Positions 29,801 to 38,136 of a DNA stretch of 64,000 nt are shown here, piece by piece. This DNA comes from a virus. The notes under the pieces were generated by a model that had not been told where the DNA came from, made no database searches, and saw only the letters and a list, made by a program, of their open reading frames with translations. The translations under genes were made by a program, and so were the position numbers. Within the stretch, counting starts at the first letter, position 1; each line of letters starts with the position of its first letter. Location of the stretch: the IMG/VR virus record IMGVR_UViG_3300015241_000002, positions 1 through 64,000 of that record; one strand, written 5' to 3'.

Positions 29801-30425
29801 TAGCCGTCATGGTCACTGCTGATGAGTGACCGAATCGAACGTCACTAACAAGTGCCGTAGTAGCTCCACCTGTAGCGGAAATCGAGCCCCCACTATCCGG
29901 TGTATTCGTCTCTAGATTTCCGCCAGAATAAATGCGTGCTGCCTGATCAGCAGTACTAGTGGTGATGTTAGTAACATCCCACTCGACCCGGCACCATTGA
30001 TTAAGTGGAATTGCGGCAGTACTAATTGCAAGTTGTGTACCGACATTGTTAAGAATGCGAATCGTGCCAGCAACGTTAATTTGCAATGCTGCTTGAGTCG
30101 CAGCCGATCCAATCATTCCAGCAATACGAGTTGCTAGAGTGGGATATGCAGTTATATATATGTAGAACCGCATAAACGCATTAGCTACAGGTGTTGGGCT
30201 TATACCAGCACCTGAATAGTTTTGATTAGAAGTACAAGAAACCCCACTTATTAGAGTGTTCTTGATAGCAGTTAGACCAGAGTGCACTTGTGCATTGTCG
30301 TAAATACAAGTAGCACCTGCACCGCTAAGACCTACAACAGTAAATTGATTAGGACCAGTAGAGTTAGAATTGGATACAGTCGTGCCTTGCGTGCCTTCAC
30401 ATGTATTTGAAAGATTATCAGCCAC
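26883..30425 (-). CDS. large fibre-like protein with calcineurin-like metallophosphoesterase domain and tandem 22-23-aa repeats
   Basis: 1180 aa, GTG start preceded by GAGGTGA. The central region carries the phosphoesterase motifs VVADMQPG, PGDLANDG, GNHDW, FWHHPRYS and GHCHSYQR. It has 13 C-terminal and 2 upstream copies of a VTISPFGI.SSE.IGN.-type repeat. Confidence 0.7.
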   Translation of the reverse strand: MADNLSNTCEGTQGTTVSNSNSTGPNQFTVVGLSGAGATCIYDNAQVHSGLTAIKNTLISGVSCTSNQNYSGAGISPTPVANAFMRFYIYITAYPTLATRIAGMIGSAATQAALQINVAGTIRILNNVGTQLAISTAAIPLNQWCRVEWDVTNITTSTADQAARIYSGGNLETNTPDSGGSISATGGATTALVSDVRFGHSSAVTMTANWSTWYDDVAFSDTAQPGPLVSVVGMVSSLVFPGLLGPHNKFNFIATPLGAQIAPIADQTISPFGIAASDSVGNLTVAQGSVTISPVGIASSERIGTAVIGPVITVTNDAAQAGQSNGTVVTTGNSGGGTNTAFSAIVDSPTFDNTHPWDSTQDYFLPAQTGTQCRLQLSTSAIAVVAVRAYAYFVGTLAPTSSVQWVQLGGNGANYVGVNTSAHPFVSLNSTVVYTSTYTLLANTQYRLEAWWNAAGSEFHYALYIGDDTASPVDTFDTLTATVNAISGVMILGKVSSTGNWCDQYINQIAIRTGIQGFIGPASGPLVISGPGLIASQLHPGKGPSNARFLQSKLGVEREDFLIVVADMQPGAGVNPPPSVVAAKVVADNPIMVLLPGDLANDGTTAQYGFFDTMYGAIKARLEPTPGNHDWVPGDLTQYDTYWGTQAHSPQHYYSFDSPTTGWHIIALDSDSQTAHDSSSAQYAWLQSDLAANTGKPIIAFWHHPRYSDGNTGSTGDDITVQTFWDLLYDAGCSIVFEGHCHSYQRFPKFERGTSSTTNPSIDSNGIKSFVVGTGGSGLHTGVPTRNESGSPNSLQTGAYDQLNSQWFGYLRLYLRPDSYRWEFVSQNAGILDSGGPIAINHTNLASSNINPYGLLSSEKIGNISVTTGAVTISPFGIVDGETVGNVTVSPGAVTISASGIKSSEIIGNATISSIATISPFGIKSSETIGNSSVQPGSVTINASGIVDTSSIGNVLVQLAQSINAFGIDSGQSVGNATATPGSVTVSPIGIASGEAVGALSVAQTLAPFGVRSSEVVGNISISVTAPSINPAGISSSDSVGNPSITAGSVTITAFGISSGEGFGNPSISVGASVVTPVGIVSGERVGNVTVTTGSVTISPFGIKSGELVGIARVLLTQTITAFGIASQQQVGNVSIIVNVQFPSYITGNLEPVWVMGQIETKWDIGSTIPVWNIAAIENR
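27020..27885 (-). repeat. in-frame tandem repeat array (about 13 units of 22-23 codons) at the C-terminus of the 1180-aa protein
   Basis: Successive units include NINPYGLLSSEKIGNISVTTGA, VTISPFGIVDGETVGNVTVSPGA and VTISASGIKSSEIIGNATISSIA, continuing to TITAFGIASQQQVGNVSIIVNVQ. Boundaries are approximate. Confidence 0.75.
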
Positions 30426-30428
30426 GAC

Positions 30429-30596
30429 TCACCTCACTCCAAATTCCAACTCATCAATATGATGCCAACTCTTGGAACCATCATTCCAAATTATATTTAC
30501 AAATTCCCCTTCAATGTCTTTGACCATGCCAAAATTCCCATCAGACTTTCGTTTGACAGGATCATAATGCTTAAAGAACTGTCGCTGTTCTAGCAT
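30429..30596 (-). CDS. hypothetical protein (55 aa)
   Basis: Translated by hand (MLEQRQFFKHYDPVKRKSDGNFGMVKDIEGEFVNIIWNDGSKSWHHIDELEFGVR). Its stop lies 3 nt before the GTG of the next gene. Confidence 0.45.
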   Translation of the reverse strand: MLEQRQFFKHYDPVKRKSDGNFGMVKDIEGEFVNIIWNDGSKSWHHIDELEFGVR

Positions 30597-30606
30597 TGCT
30601 TACGAC

Positions 30607-31170
30607 TTAGTTCAATGCTTCAAGCTTGTACTGGTGTAGCTGAATCGAAGTAGTCGCTGTAGCCACTGAGAATTTGGCTTGGAGATCAACGGCCTGTGAA
30701 GTTGTGGTATCGAAGTTAGAACCTACTGCAGGCGCTGACGCGGGAATGAATAAGGTACCAGCGCCACCTGCAGTTGCTACTGGTGAACCGACTACTGCCT
30801 CAGACGTCCACTGCCCAATTCCCATTAGATTACCTGTTGCACCAATCACTCGGCACACCAAGTCGATTTCTAATGCCCAGGTGACGTCAGTCTTTGCAAC
30901 GATATTCAAATTCATTGCAGCTGCTGCGTTGTTGTACACAGCGGTCCCACCAAATAGCACCTGAAACAATAGAGTGCCCGGCGTAGTCACCACACAGCTA
31001 ACACGACCCATTGCTGTAAGTCTAATCGTCTTGCCAATGGAGAAAAAGTTAGCTGGTAGCGTATACTTAGCAGCAGCAGGTATGATAGACCCTTGTGTGG
31101 TGGAGTTAGTGATAGCTGTTCCATCAACCTGCGCCGTGACTAAAGTTTCTTGCCAAGTCTGCAAACTCAT
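30607..31170 (-). CDS. hypothetical virion protein
   Basis: 187-aa beta-rich ORF in the cassette between the portal and protease genes. Confidence 0.5.
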   Translation of the reverse strand: MSLQTWQETLVTAQVDGTAITNSTTQGSIIPAAAKYTLPANFFSIGKTIRLTAMGRVSCVVTTPGTLLFQVLFGGTAVYNNAAAAMNLNIVAKTDVTWALEIDLVCRVIGATGNLMGIGQWTSEAVVGSPVATAGGAGTLFIPASAPAVGSNFDTTTSQAVDLQAKFSVATATTSIQLHQYKLEALN

Positions 31171-31185
31171 TTTATTCCCCTATCC

Positions 31186-32067
31186 TTATAGCTTGAATAT
31201 TCCACGGCCAGCAGTATTGTCCCATGAGACGACAATATTTCCACCATTAGGAGTAACTGGTAATCCAGAACCGGTAGCAGGAGCAAGAGCTCTACTTCCC
31301 GCCGTAACTGTGGTTGACGCTACAGTTAAAGAACGATCCCCAACGTTAGCAAGAGAAGATAAGGTAGCAGACGCTCCATCCGAGAATCTTAAGACAGTAG
31401 TGTTGGGGATGGCCGCAGTTAAAGGTTCAACAACGATCGTAGTAGATGCGCCAGGGCTGGAATCACATGTCACGATGTGAAATCCATCAACTACACCAAT
31501 TATTTGAGAAGTGCCAGCAGTGCCAGTATCTTGTAGAATAAGAATACCATCAATGGCAGCGGCTGTAGCAATAGTCGAGAAAGTTACATCAGCAGCATCA
31601 GCTACGCCATTAAGTACTGTACGAGAAGCCAAATTTACTTTACCATTAGCCCCATAAATTTGGGATGCAGACCAGTCAGTATAAAATTTTCCAACTGTAG
31701 ACACTCCACCGTATGTAATAGCATACCCACCAGCACCAGCTCCACCCGTTCCAACTACGTTCGTTCCACTAATTGGATTTTGAAGACTAAAGTGTGTAGT
31801 ATCTACTACTGTAATTTTCCAAAATCCATTACACGCTGTATTCGTAGTATGGCCATTAATGTATACTAAATCCCCAGTAGACAAACCATGAGTCGTAGCA
31901 GTCAACATAACCGGAGGGGTTGCGGACGTTGAAGATGTTACCTGAATAATAGCCGCTGACGCAGTATTGAAATCCAATATTGCGACTGACATATTTGTGG
32001 CTCCATCGAAGTCAATGGATCCATCAAGAAATCCTTGTCTGCCAGTTTCTGTTAATGCATTTACCAT
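31186..32067 (-). CDS. fibre-like structural protein
   Basis: 293 aa. The segment TATTHGLSTGDLVYINGHTTNTACNGFWKITVVDTTHFSL resembles a small beta-barrel module that recurs in phage fibre and collar proteins. The rest is Gly/Thr/Ser-rich. Confidence 0.45.
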   Translation of the reverse strand: MVNALTETGRQGFLDGSIDFDGATNMSVAILDFNTASAAIIQVTSSTSATPPVMLTATTHGLSTGDLVYINGHTTNTACNGFWKITVVDTTHFSLQNPISGTNVVGTGGAGAGGYAITYGGVSTVGKFYTDWSASQIYGANGKVNLASRTVLNGVADAADVTFSTIATAAAIDGILILQDTGTAGTSQIIGVVDGFHIVTCDSSPGASTTIVVEPLTAAIPNTTVLRFSDGASATLSSLANVGDRSLTVASTTVTAGSRALAPATGSGLPVTPNGGNIVVSWDNTAGRGIFKL

Positions 32068-32068
32068 C

Positions 32069-32566
32069 TTAATTTACCTCCGCACAGGTTGCTTCAACAG
32101 TAATTTGATGAATAGCCTCAATAACACCTGGTTTGGGTGTTACTCTAATGACATAGTTATTGAGAGCACTAGCGTCAGTTCCAGCATCCACAACTAGAAA
32201 ATCTGCATTAACTGCATCTCCAGTTTGATACCCACCCGAAATTACTACCGTTCCAGAAGGACATATAACATTGTAGCCATTAGTGTCCCCAGCCATTAAA
32301 TCCACCGAATAGAAATGTCGAACTAGTTGGAAATTTGAAATTCCAACAGGTCCTTGTGGCCCAACAGGTCCAGTCTGATTCCAATTTAAGGAAGTTTCTC
32401 CGGAAGCACAAGTGGAATCAACTACTCGAAGCTTGCCATCGGAAGTTTTATAACAACCATGAATTACTCCACCAGAATCAGGAATGGACGCATAAGCAAA
32501 CGCCCCAACTCCAATACCAATAGCGATTACTGCACTGCCAATTACTAATTTCTTACGTAATCTCAC
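32069..32566 (-). CDS. secreted/membrane-anchored protein with short collagen-like segment
   Basis: 165 aa. The N-terminus is signal/anchor-like (MRLRKKLVIGSAVIAIGIGVGAFAYA). A GPVGPQGPVG triplet run is present. The gene has an ATGA overlap with the portal gene stop. Confidence 0.5.
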   Translation of the reverse strand: MRLRKKLVIGSAVIAIGIGVGAFAYASIPDSGGVIHGCYKTSDGKLRVVDSTCASGETSLNWNQTGPVGPQGPVGISNFQLVRHFYSVDLMAGDTNGYNVICPSGTVVISGGYQTGDAVNADFLVVDAGTDASALNNYVIRVTPKPGVIEAIHQITVEATCAEVN

Positions 32567-34377
32567 TTGCTACCTCCTGAATTATCTCTACCGGCGTTAG
32601 ATTTTTGCTGGCCACTTGGAGGTGGCCCCTGGCGTGGTAATCCAGCTTGGGCACCTCTTTGCTTACGTCCTCTCTTACGTCCTGCGGTAGCGCTCCCAGG
32701 GGCCACAGGAGGGCCTACACCGGTGCTCCCACCACTATTATTTGCGGGTGGTGGAGTAGGAGCTCCAGGCGTATTTTGATTTGTGCCTGTGGGCGGTCCT
32801 TCAATTGGAGTTTGTGGCTCATCACTTCTATTCATTGGAGTAGCTGCAAGACGACGAGTTGCCTTGTCAATAAGTGGCAAATCCATCTCATCGCGAAGCA
32901 TCTCTTCCAGTGGATCATCTGGAATCAAAGCACCAGCACCAATAAGGTTACGAATAGCAAACGACAACGTACGCCAGTCTGCCTGCTCACCAATTCGTCT
33001 TGCTTTAAGCTTAGGAACTCCTACTCGACTAAAGTTTGCGTCTATTATTTTGGGAATGAGATAAGTATTGATAGTCTCACATACAATGTCCGCAATAAAT
33101 CGAGTCGCCTTGAGGAACATCGTTTGATCTTCCTCTTTGGTAGTCGTATCTACACTCATAAACCCCAGTAGGATATTTTCACGAATAGCTTCCTTGTGTT
33201 CCTTAATGGACGCTAAACAATCTACTCTTTGTCCTTCCAACTTAGCAAACATAATATCCCAATTTGGAGGAAGAACAACATGAGCTCTCTCATTGGTTCG
33301 AAGATTTCTACCCATGTTTTCAGCCATAGATTTGTCGCCTTGACTAAATCCTGGGGGCAATTTAATGATAGGTATACCAATTCCATGCCGTTCTTTCTGA
33401 ATAGCATCGATCTTGTAAAGCTGTTCCATGTAGAACCAATGCTTATACGCAGAGCGCAGAACAGAAATGCCTTCGATATCCCCAGCTTCTCTATCGAAAG
33501 TAAATACAATTAGCTTGCTAATTGGTATATCAACTGGCTGCTGCATTCCAGTCGTAGGAGGCAACATAGTAACACCAGCTGGCCCACCATTTTCATCAAA
33601 ATGCCAAGTCCATACATCCAGCGGATGACGTGGTGCTAACTTCTTAACACAAAGCCTTTTCTGCCCATTTACAATCTTTTCTTCCCATACAATCTCAAAC
33701 ATGTAGTAGCCAAACTCGCACATGAGTAGAGACTCTATAAGGAACTGAGGCCAAGTAATAGACATGTGTGTGAGATTATCCCACACAAAGTCAGCCGCAT
33801 TCTTGTCTGCAGTTTTTGTATTGTCATCGGGCTCTACAAACCAACGCGCAGACAAGACAGGAGTTTTTACAGCCCGCAAAGTCCCCTTGACTGTTCCATC
33901 CGATTTTCTCATTTTGTCATATTGCTGTAAACCCTTAATTCCAACAAGGTCTTGATTGTACTCTCTACGAACCCAAGATGTAAATGGACTTACAGATGAA
34001 CTACCAAGCTCTCCGATACTGACATCTGTGTAATCGACAAGTTGCTTTCCCTGTTCCTTAAGGAGATTACCACCTTCATCAACCTTAAGAGACATAGTAG
34101 GTAACGCTAACCCCTTGACATCACTAGAACTTCTATTGCTGCTATTAGCACCACGCTCTGCGACTATAACAAATGGATCCCCATAATTCTCTACAACCTC
34201 GACAAGATCATATCTTTCCATGACAGTAGACAGAGTAGTGTATTGCTTATTCTGCTCAGCTAAACTAAACTCTTTAGTCGCAGTACTAGTAGAAACTTTG
34301 CTATGTCCATTGCTACTAGCCTGCCCATTCTTACCCACAGGACCGTAAGGATTAGAGCGTCGCTTCTTGTTACTCAT
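32563..34377 (-). CDS. portal protein (Mu gp29 / DUF935-like)
   Basis: 604 aa, immediately downstream of TerL. The central region (YDKMRKSDGTVKGTLRAVKTPVLSARWFVEP...) follows the DUF935 portal pattern. The C-terminal tail is basic and Pro/Gly-rich. Confidence 0.8.
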   Translation of the reverse strand: MSNKKRRSNPYGPVGKNGQASSNGHSKVSTSTATKEFSLAEQNKQYTTLSTVMERYDLVEVVENYGDPFVIVAERGANSSNRSSSDVKGLALPTMSLKVDEGGNLLKEQGKQLVDYTDVSIGELGSSSVSPFTSWVRREYNQDLVGIKGLQQYDKMRKSDGTVKGTLRAVKTPVLSARWFVEPDDNTKTADKNAADFVWDNLTHMSITWPQFLIESLLMCEFGYYMFEIVWEEKIVNGQKRLCVKKLAPRHPLDVWTWHFDENGGPAGVTMLPPTTGMQQPVDIPISKLIVFTFDREAGDIEGISVLRSAYKHWFYMEQLYKIDAIQKERHGIGIPIIKLPPGFSQGDKSMAENMGRNLRTNERAHVVLPPNWDIMFAKLEGQRVDCLASIKEHKEAIRENILLGFMSVDTTTKEEDQTMFLKATRFIADIVCETINTYLIPKIIDANFSRVGVPKLKARRIGEQADWRTLSFAIRNLIGAGALIPDDPLEEMLRDEMDLPLIDKATRRLAATPMNRSDEPQTPIEGPPTGTNQNTPGAPTPPPANNSGGSTGVGPPVAPGSATAGRKRGRKQRGAQAGLPRQGPPPSGQQKSNAGRDNSGGSK

Positions 34378-34398
34378 AAATTACCACCTTATGGTACA

Positions 34399-35829
34399 TC
34401 AGAATTCCTGACCGCTCTTGGTGAAGTATCCACTAGCGCCTTCTACGTCATAGCCACCGTATTGTTCGCCAGAACTACGAGTTGCTTCTAAATTAAGATC
34501 CATAACATCTGAAAGATGGTAAGTTGCGCCAAGCTTGTAGATATGAACCAAAGCATAGCGTAAAGCATCCATTGCGTGATCGTCTTGCGCTAAGCTCTTC
34601 TCTGGAGCATTTCTACCATTTGGGGGATTGCTTGACTTGTAATTATTAAACTCACGAATCGTGTTGATGCAAGAGAAATCAACGAATATAGCGGGGAAAT
34701 ATATAGGCCCACCGAATTCATCTTCTTTTTCCTCACGTTCCATGAAAGAACGCACTAAGTCTATACCTTCACGCCAGTTGGTTTTAGCTTCTGGCATTGC
34801 ATAACATGGCACAAGCTTTTGCGATATAGTAGCTGCCGCTTCTGGATCTGCCGCATCTCCAAAAGCAAGGTCTAGGTGGTAGCCAAATGGCTGTTCTCTA
34901 GCCTTGAGCTGTTCACAGTGATCTTCTACACGAGTGAAGCTTTTGTAGTGCTCTCTCCAAATATACACTCTATCATCTGGACTTATTTGGAACTCAATTG
35001 CAGCCAGTGGATTCGTATAACCGAAATCAAATGCGATGTAATTTGGCCATAATGGATTAAATTTAATTTCCTTGACGTGCTTACTTATGTCCCATTCAGG
35101 ATATATCTTTCCAACGAAAGAGCCAAAATCCGCGCCAATTTCCTGAGCAAAAGCTTCTGCAGTCATGGTACGACGTAGTAGCTTTATTTCCGAATCAGAC
35201 TCGCCACCAGGATAAACGGATGGATTGTTCCAAGATGGAAAAGACCATGACGCATATTCAGGAACCGAAGGATCATGCCCTAACATCCACAAGTCATACA
35301 GCCAATTGAATCCTTCTGGCGTCGTTACAAAATCTGCACTTCCTCGATGGTCTGCTAATGCAGGTCGAATGAATCGCTCCCATGTATCTAACTGATGCTT
35401 TGCTGCCTCAGACATAATGACATGGTCCAGACCTTCACCAACGAGATTCTCACTATGGTCAGCACTTTTGCACTCAAGTTTAGTGCCCCAAGGAAACTCG
35501 ATCCACATATTCCCTTGCTTTGGAGAGTAAGCTCGCTTTATAGTCTTATCTTGCCCAAGCTTTCTATTTATAATCAAGTCTTGCCAAATAACTCTAAACT
35601 CTTTTTCCGCCAAAGAGTAGACTGGACCGACGATCCAAAACATTTTGTTAGGGAGAAATAACTTAGGTTCTAGATCTTTCCCAGCCATGTGCGACTTGCC
35701 ATATCTTCTACCACATACAGCTACCCTAAATCTGGCATCAGACCTGTGGAACTCTACTTGTCCTGGGTGGGGCTCATAGCCTATCTGCTTAAAGAAGGCT
35801 GCTTTGGAAATAGCTCTATTATTCGCCAT
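34399..35829 (-). CDS. terL: terminase large subunit
   Basis: 476 aa. PHPGQVEFHRS...VAVCGRRYGKS gives a Walker A-like motif. The acidic nuclease-half motifs GDAADPE and DDHAMDALRY are present. The portal gene follows. Confidence 0.9.
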   Translation of the reverse strand: MANNRAISKAAFFKQIGYEPHPGQVEFHRSDARFRVAVCGRRYGKSHMAGKDLEPKLFLPNKMFWIVGPVYSLAEKEFRVIWQDLIINRKLGQDKTIKRAYSPKQGNMWIEFPWGTKLECKSADHSENLVGEGLDHVIMSEAAKHQLDTWERFIRPALADHRGSADFVTTPEGFNWLYDLWMLGHDPSVPEYASWSFPSWNNPSVYPGGESDSEIKLLRRTMTAEAFAQEIGADFGSFVGKIYPEWDISKHVKEIKFNPLWPNYIAFDFGYTNPLAAIEFQISPDDRVYIWREHYKSFTRVEDHCEQLKAREQPFGYHLDLAFGDAADPEAAATISQKLVPCYAMPEAKTNWREGIDLVRSFMEREEKEDEFGGPIYFPAIFVDFSCINTIREFNNYKSSNPPNGRNAPEKSLAQDDHAMDALRYALVHIYKLGATYHLSDVMDLNLEATRSSGEQYGGYDVEGASGYFTKSGQEF

Positions 35830-35962
35830 TCATAGCAACCCTTCTTGTAAATACAAACCCGTCCTCGGGCTTGGAAGTGCCCCACAGGCAGGAGGCGGAT
35901 AAGTCGATCGAACCCGACGCGTGTAGTTATAACCTTGGAAGCATGTAGTATAATCGAAAACT

Positions 35963-36784
35963 TTAACCACCTCCACTACTATCTGGGGTTGCAATTGGAA
36001 AATTACGAGGCCGTAATAGAGGAGGGATACTAATAGTAATAGTTATACCAGGTACTGTAATAATGCGTGGCGGTGGAGTAACTGTTTTTGTCACCGTGGC
36101 AGTAGCTATGATTGTCAATGTTGCTATTTGACCAGGCGTAGTTTTAGTTGTAGTAATATACGTAGTACCATTTTTGCCAGCACTCCCTGGTACGTTAACT
36201 GTTTGTGTAAATTTGGTTGGGATCGCTATTGGTGTGGGTGTAGATGTAATAGTGTGTGTAGCTGTTGGTACAGTCTTAGGAGTTGAAGGTACCGCTGTAG
36301 GAATCTTGCATCCTAATGTAGGAGCTGGAGGAATAGGGTTATTCTTAACAGCTGCATTATATTCATCGGATGCTATCAGGTATGCCTTACCATCTTTTGC
36401 AAGTTCGGCTTGACTAAATGGGACTTTAAATACGTCCCGTACTACTTTGTCTAAAGCATTAGTTCTTATAGTACTGGATTTCGATAATGCATCAGATCTC
36501 TTAGTGAATTTGGCAGACCAATCTTCTACACAATTAAGTACTGCTTGTATCTGTGCATCCTTCAATTTACCAGCTTTGGTTGCATTCTTTCTATCATTAT
36601 TTTCTCGATTAAATGCTATAAGAGTAATTAACAACAAGATAGCTAAAATTACAGTACCTATTCCTATTATCCATCTAAACTTCTTATTGCGTTGTAGTTC
36701 ATTACGAACTGCTTTAGCGTCTGTTGCAAGCTTTATTATTGAATCGTTTAGCTCATGCATCTCATTCGCAAGTTGATCAGGCAT
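35963..36784 (-). CDS. membrane-anchored Thr/Pro-rich protein
   Basis: I prefer the internal ATG at 36784. The product has a coiled N-terminus, one TM helix (WIIGIGTVILAILLLITLIAF) and a long T/P-rich C-terminus. Confidence 0.55.
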   Translation of the reverse strand: MPDQLANEMHELNDSIIKLATDAKAVRNELQRNKKFRWIIGIGTVILAILLLITLIAFNRENNDRKNATKAGKLKDAQIQAVLNCVEDWSAKFTKRSDALSKSSTIRTNALDKVVRDVFKVPFSQAELAKDGKAYLIASDEYNAAVKNNPIPPAPTLGCKIPTAVPSTPKTVPTATHTITSTPTPIAIPTKFTQTVNVPGSAGKNGTTYITTTKTTPGQIATLTIIATATVTKTVTPPPRIITVPGITITISIPPLLRPRNFPIATPDSSGGG

Positions 36785-36914
36785 AGTTGGCCTCTTCCCA
36801 ACAAGGCCGCACATCTGGCCAGTAGACCGTCACATCTGCATCTAGTGCGAACATCGGCCTGTCATCCCAAGCCGTCGATTGGGTATCCAATACAGGAATA
36901 GACAGGTCAAGCAT
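36777..36914 (-). CDS. hypothetical protein (45 aa)
   Basis: Translated by hand. It is start/stop coupled on both sides, overlapping each neighbouring gene by 8 nt. Confidence 0.35.
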   Translation of the reverse strand: MLDLSIPVLDTQSTAWDDRPMFALDADVTVYWPDVRPCWEEANYA

Positions 36915-37071
36915 GATGCCCCCCGTTGTTTGGCTTCTTAGCTTTTTCAATTAGAGGGACTAACCTTTGGTAAACTTGCTCTAATCTGTCGACAGTAGCA
37001 TCAAGCCGGTCTGCTACACTGTCGACTTTCTTGATAACATCAACTTCTTTCTTTCGATGGCGGAATATCAT
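36907..37071 (-). CDS. hypothetical protein (54 aa)
   Basis: Translated by hand (MIFRHRKKEVDVIKKVDSVADRLDATVDRLEQVYQRL...). It has an ATGA overlap with the upstream stop. Confidence 0.4.
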   Translation of the reverse strand: MIFRHRKKEVDVIKKVDSVADRLDATVDRLEQVYQRLVPLIEKAKKPNNGGHHA

Positions 37072-37358
37072 ACACTTCCGCCCCCTTGCATTTGTCGACG
37101 TAACATCTCTGCCTGCAAAAGTGGGGTAATTTGCTCCATTATAAGTGTAGACTTTACTATGGCGGGGATAGCTGTATCCAAGGTAGCTAATAACTTTTCG
37201 TTCGCTGCCTCTAATCTTTCAACCTCCCCTTTAGTACGCAATTGACCTGTTATGAACAACCCTATAATGACTCCAGGGAATCCTAGTCCCAACACATAGG
37301 TAACAGGGTCTGTGGCTGCTCCCCCAGCTGCGTCAGCTAAAAATTGTGCAATAACCAT
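37068..37358 (-). CDS. membrane protein with coiled-coil tail
   Basis: 96 aa with an N-terminal hydrophobic segment (YVLGLGFPGVIIGLFITG) followed by a helical region. Confidence 0.5.
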   Translation of the reverse strand: MVIAQFLADAAGGAATDPVTYVLGLGFPGVIIGLFITGQLRTKGEVERLEAANEKLLATLDTAIPAIVKSTLIMEQITPLLQAEMLRRQMQGGGSV

Positions 37359-37666
37359 TAGCTACCAACTAGCTCACTACTATGCCCCCAAGTAAACTCA
37401 CCTACTGGGCGATGCATCCTACAACCTACACAGTATGTACTTCCGTAAAACCTTGGGTTTCTTGCATAGGTTTCCGCAAGCGCTTCACCCATAGTCGTTA
37501 ATGTTCCACATGTTTGGTGCACGTAGCTCCGACGTATTGGACGAACAAATCCTTTTGCGCGTTCCTCTTTAGATAAAACTAAATAAACTTCTGCCTGCTC
37601 AACCGGTTCGCTATCCGGTCCATGTGTTAGTCTTGGATCCTTTGGATCATCTGTTAAGTGCCCCAT
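37358..37666 (-). CDS. hypothetical Cys-containing protein
   Basis: Internal ATG at 37666 preceded by GGAGGG. The product contains HQTCG...YCVGCRMHRPVGEFTW, a Zn-ribbon-like arrangement. Confidence 0.5.
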   Translation of the reverse strand: MGHLTDDPKDPRLTHGPDSEPVEQAEVYLVLSKEERAKGFVRPIRRSYVHQTCGTLTTMGEALAETYARNPRFYGSTYCVGCRMHRPVGEFTWGHSSELVGS

Positions 37667-37689
37667 GGATACCCTCCAAAACTTAGATC

Positions 37690-38115
37690 TTAATAAGGTT
37701 GCCATGTATTTGCCTTAGTAGCAGAATGATTAAATGGCTCTCTCAAAATGCCTGTAGTAGCATCTCCCGCAAAACTTACAACATTTACAAAAACGTTAGA
37801 TGCACTTGCTGTTGCTGCATTGGACATTACTACATGTGTAGAATCGGTGAATGAGCTAATAGTAGTATTTGGTGGGATCCCAGCTCCAACAACTGTAAGT
37901 CCAACACCACCAGAGGAAAAAGTACCAGTCGTTGCGGTTAGTGTAGTAGTTCCATTTGTAGTACAAATAAGCTGCTTACCACGACCAATTCTTAAAATAA
38001 CTCCGCCATTTGTTGACCCAACTGCTGTAATTGTAGCAGCTCTAGCTCTTGTGGGTGTAGACCCATCAAAATAGGTTACATGTCCATTCACTTTAGGTAC
38101 ATAGGTCCTAGCCAT
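37690..38115 (-). CDS. hypothetical Thr/Gly-rich protein
   Basis: 141-aa ORF. No motif recognised. Confidence 0.5.
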   Translation of the reverse strand: MARTYVPKVNGHVTYFDGSTPTRARAATITAVGSTNGGVILRIGRGKQLICTTNGTTTLTATTGTFSSGGVGLTVVGAGIPPNTTISSFTDSTHVVMSNAATASASNVFVNVVSFAGDATTGILREPFNHSATKANTWQPY

Positions 38116-38136
38116 TACTCACTTGTTTCTCGTTTT

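Noticed and set aside
32290-32330. A collagen-like protein call based on GPVGPQGPVG in the 165-aa product.
   Set aside because: Only about three G-X-Y triplets are present, too few to call a collagen triple-helix domain. I noted it in the feature evidence only.
32567-33513. + strand ORFs opposite the portal gene (32567-32779, 32647-33171, 32783-33064 and 33229-33513).
   Set aside because: They are antisense to a confidently identified portal gene in a uniformly - strand operon. Their products are Arg/Ser/Gly-rich junk typical of reverse-frame translation.
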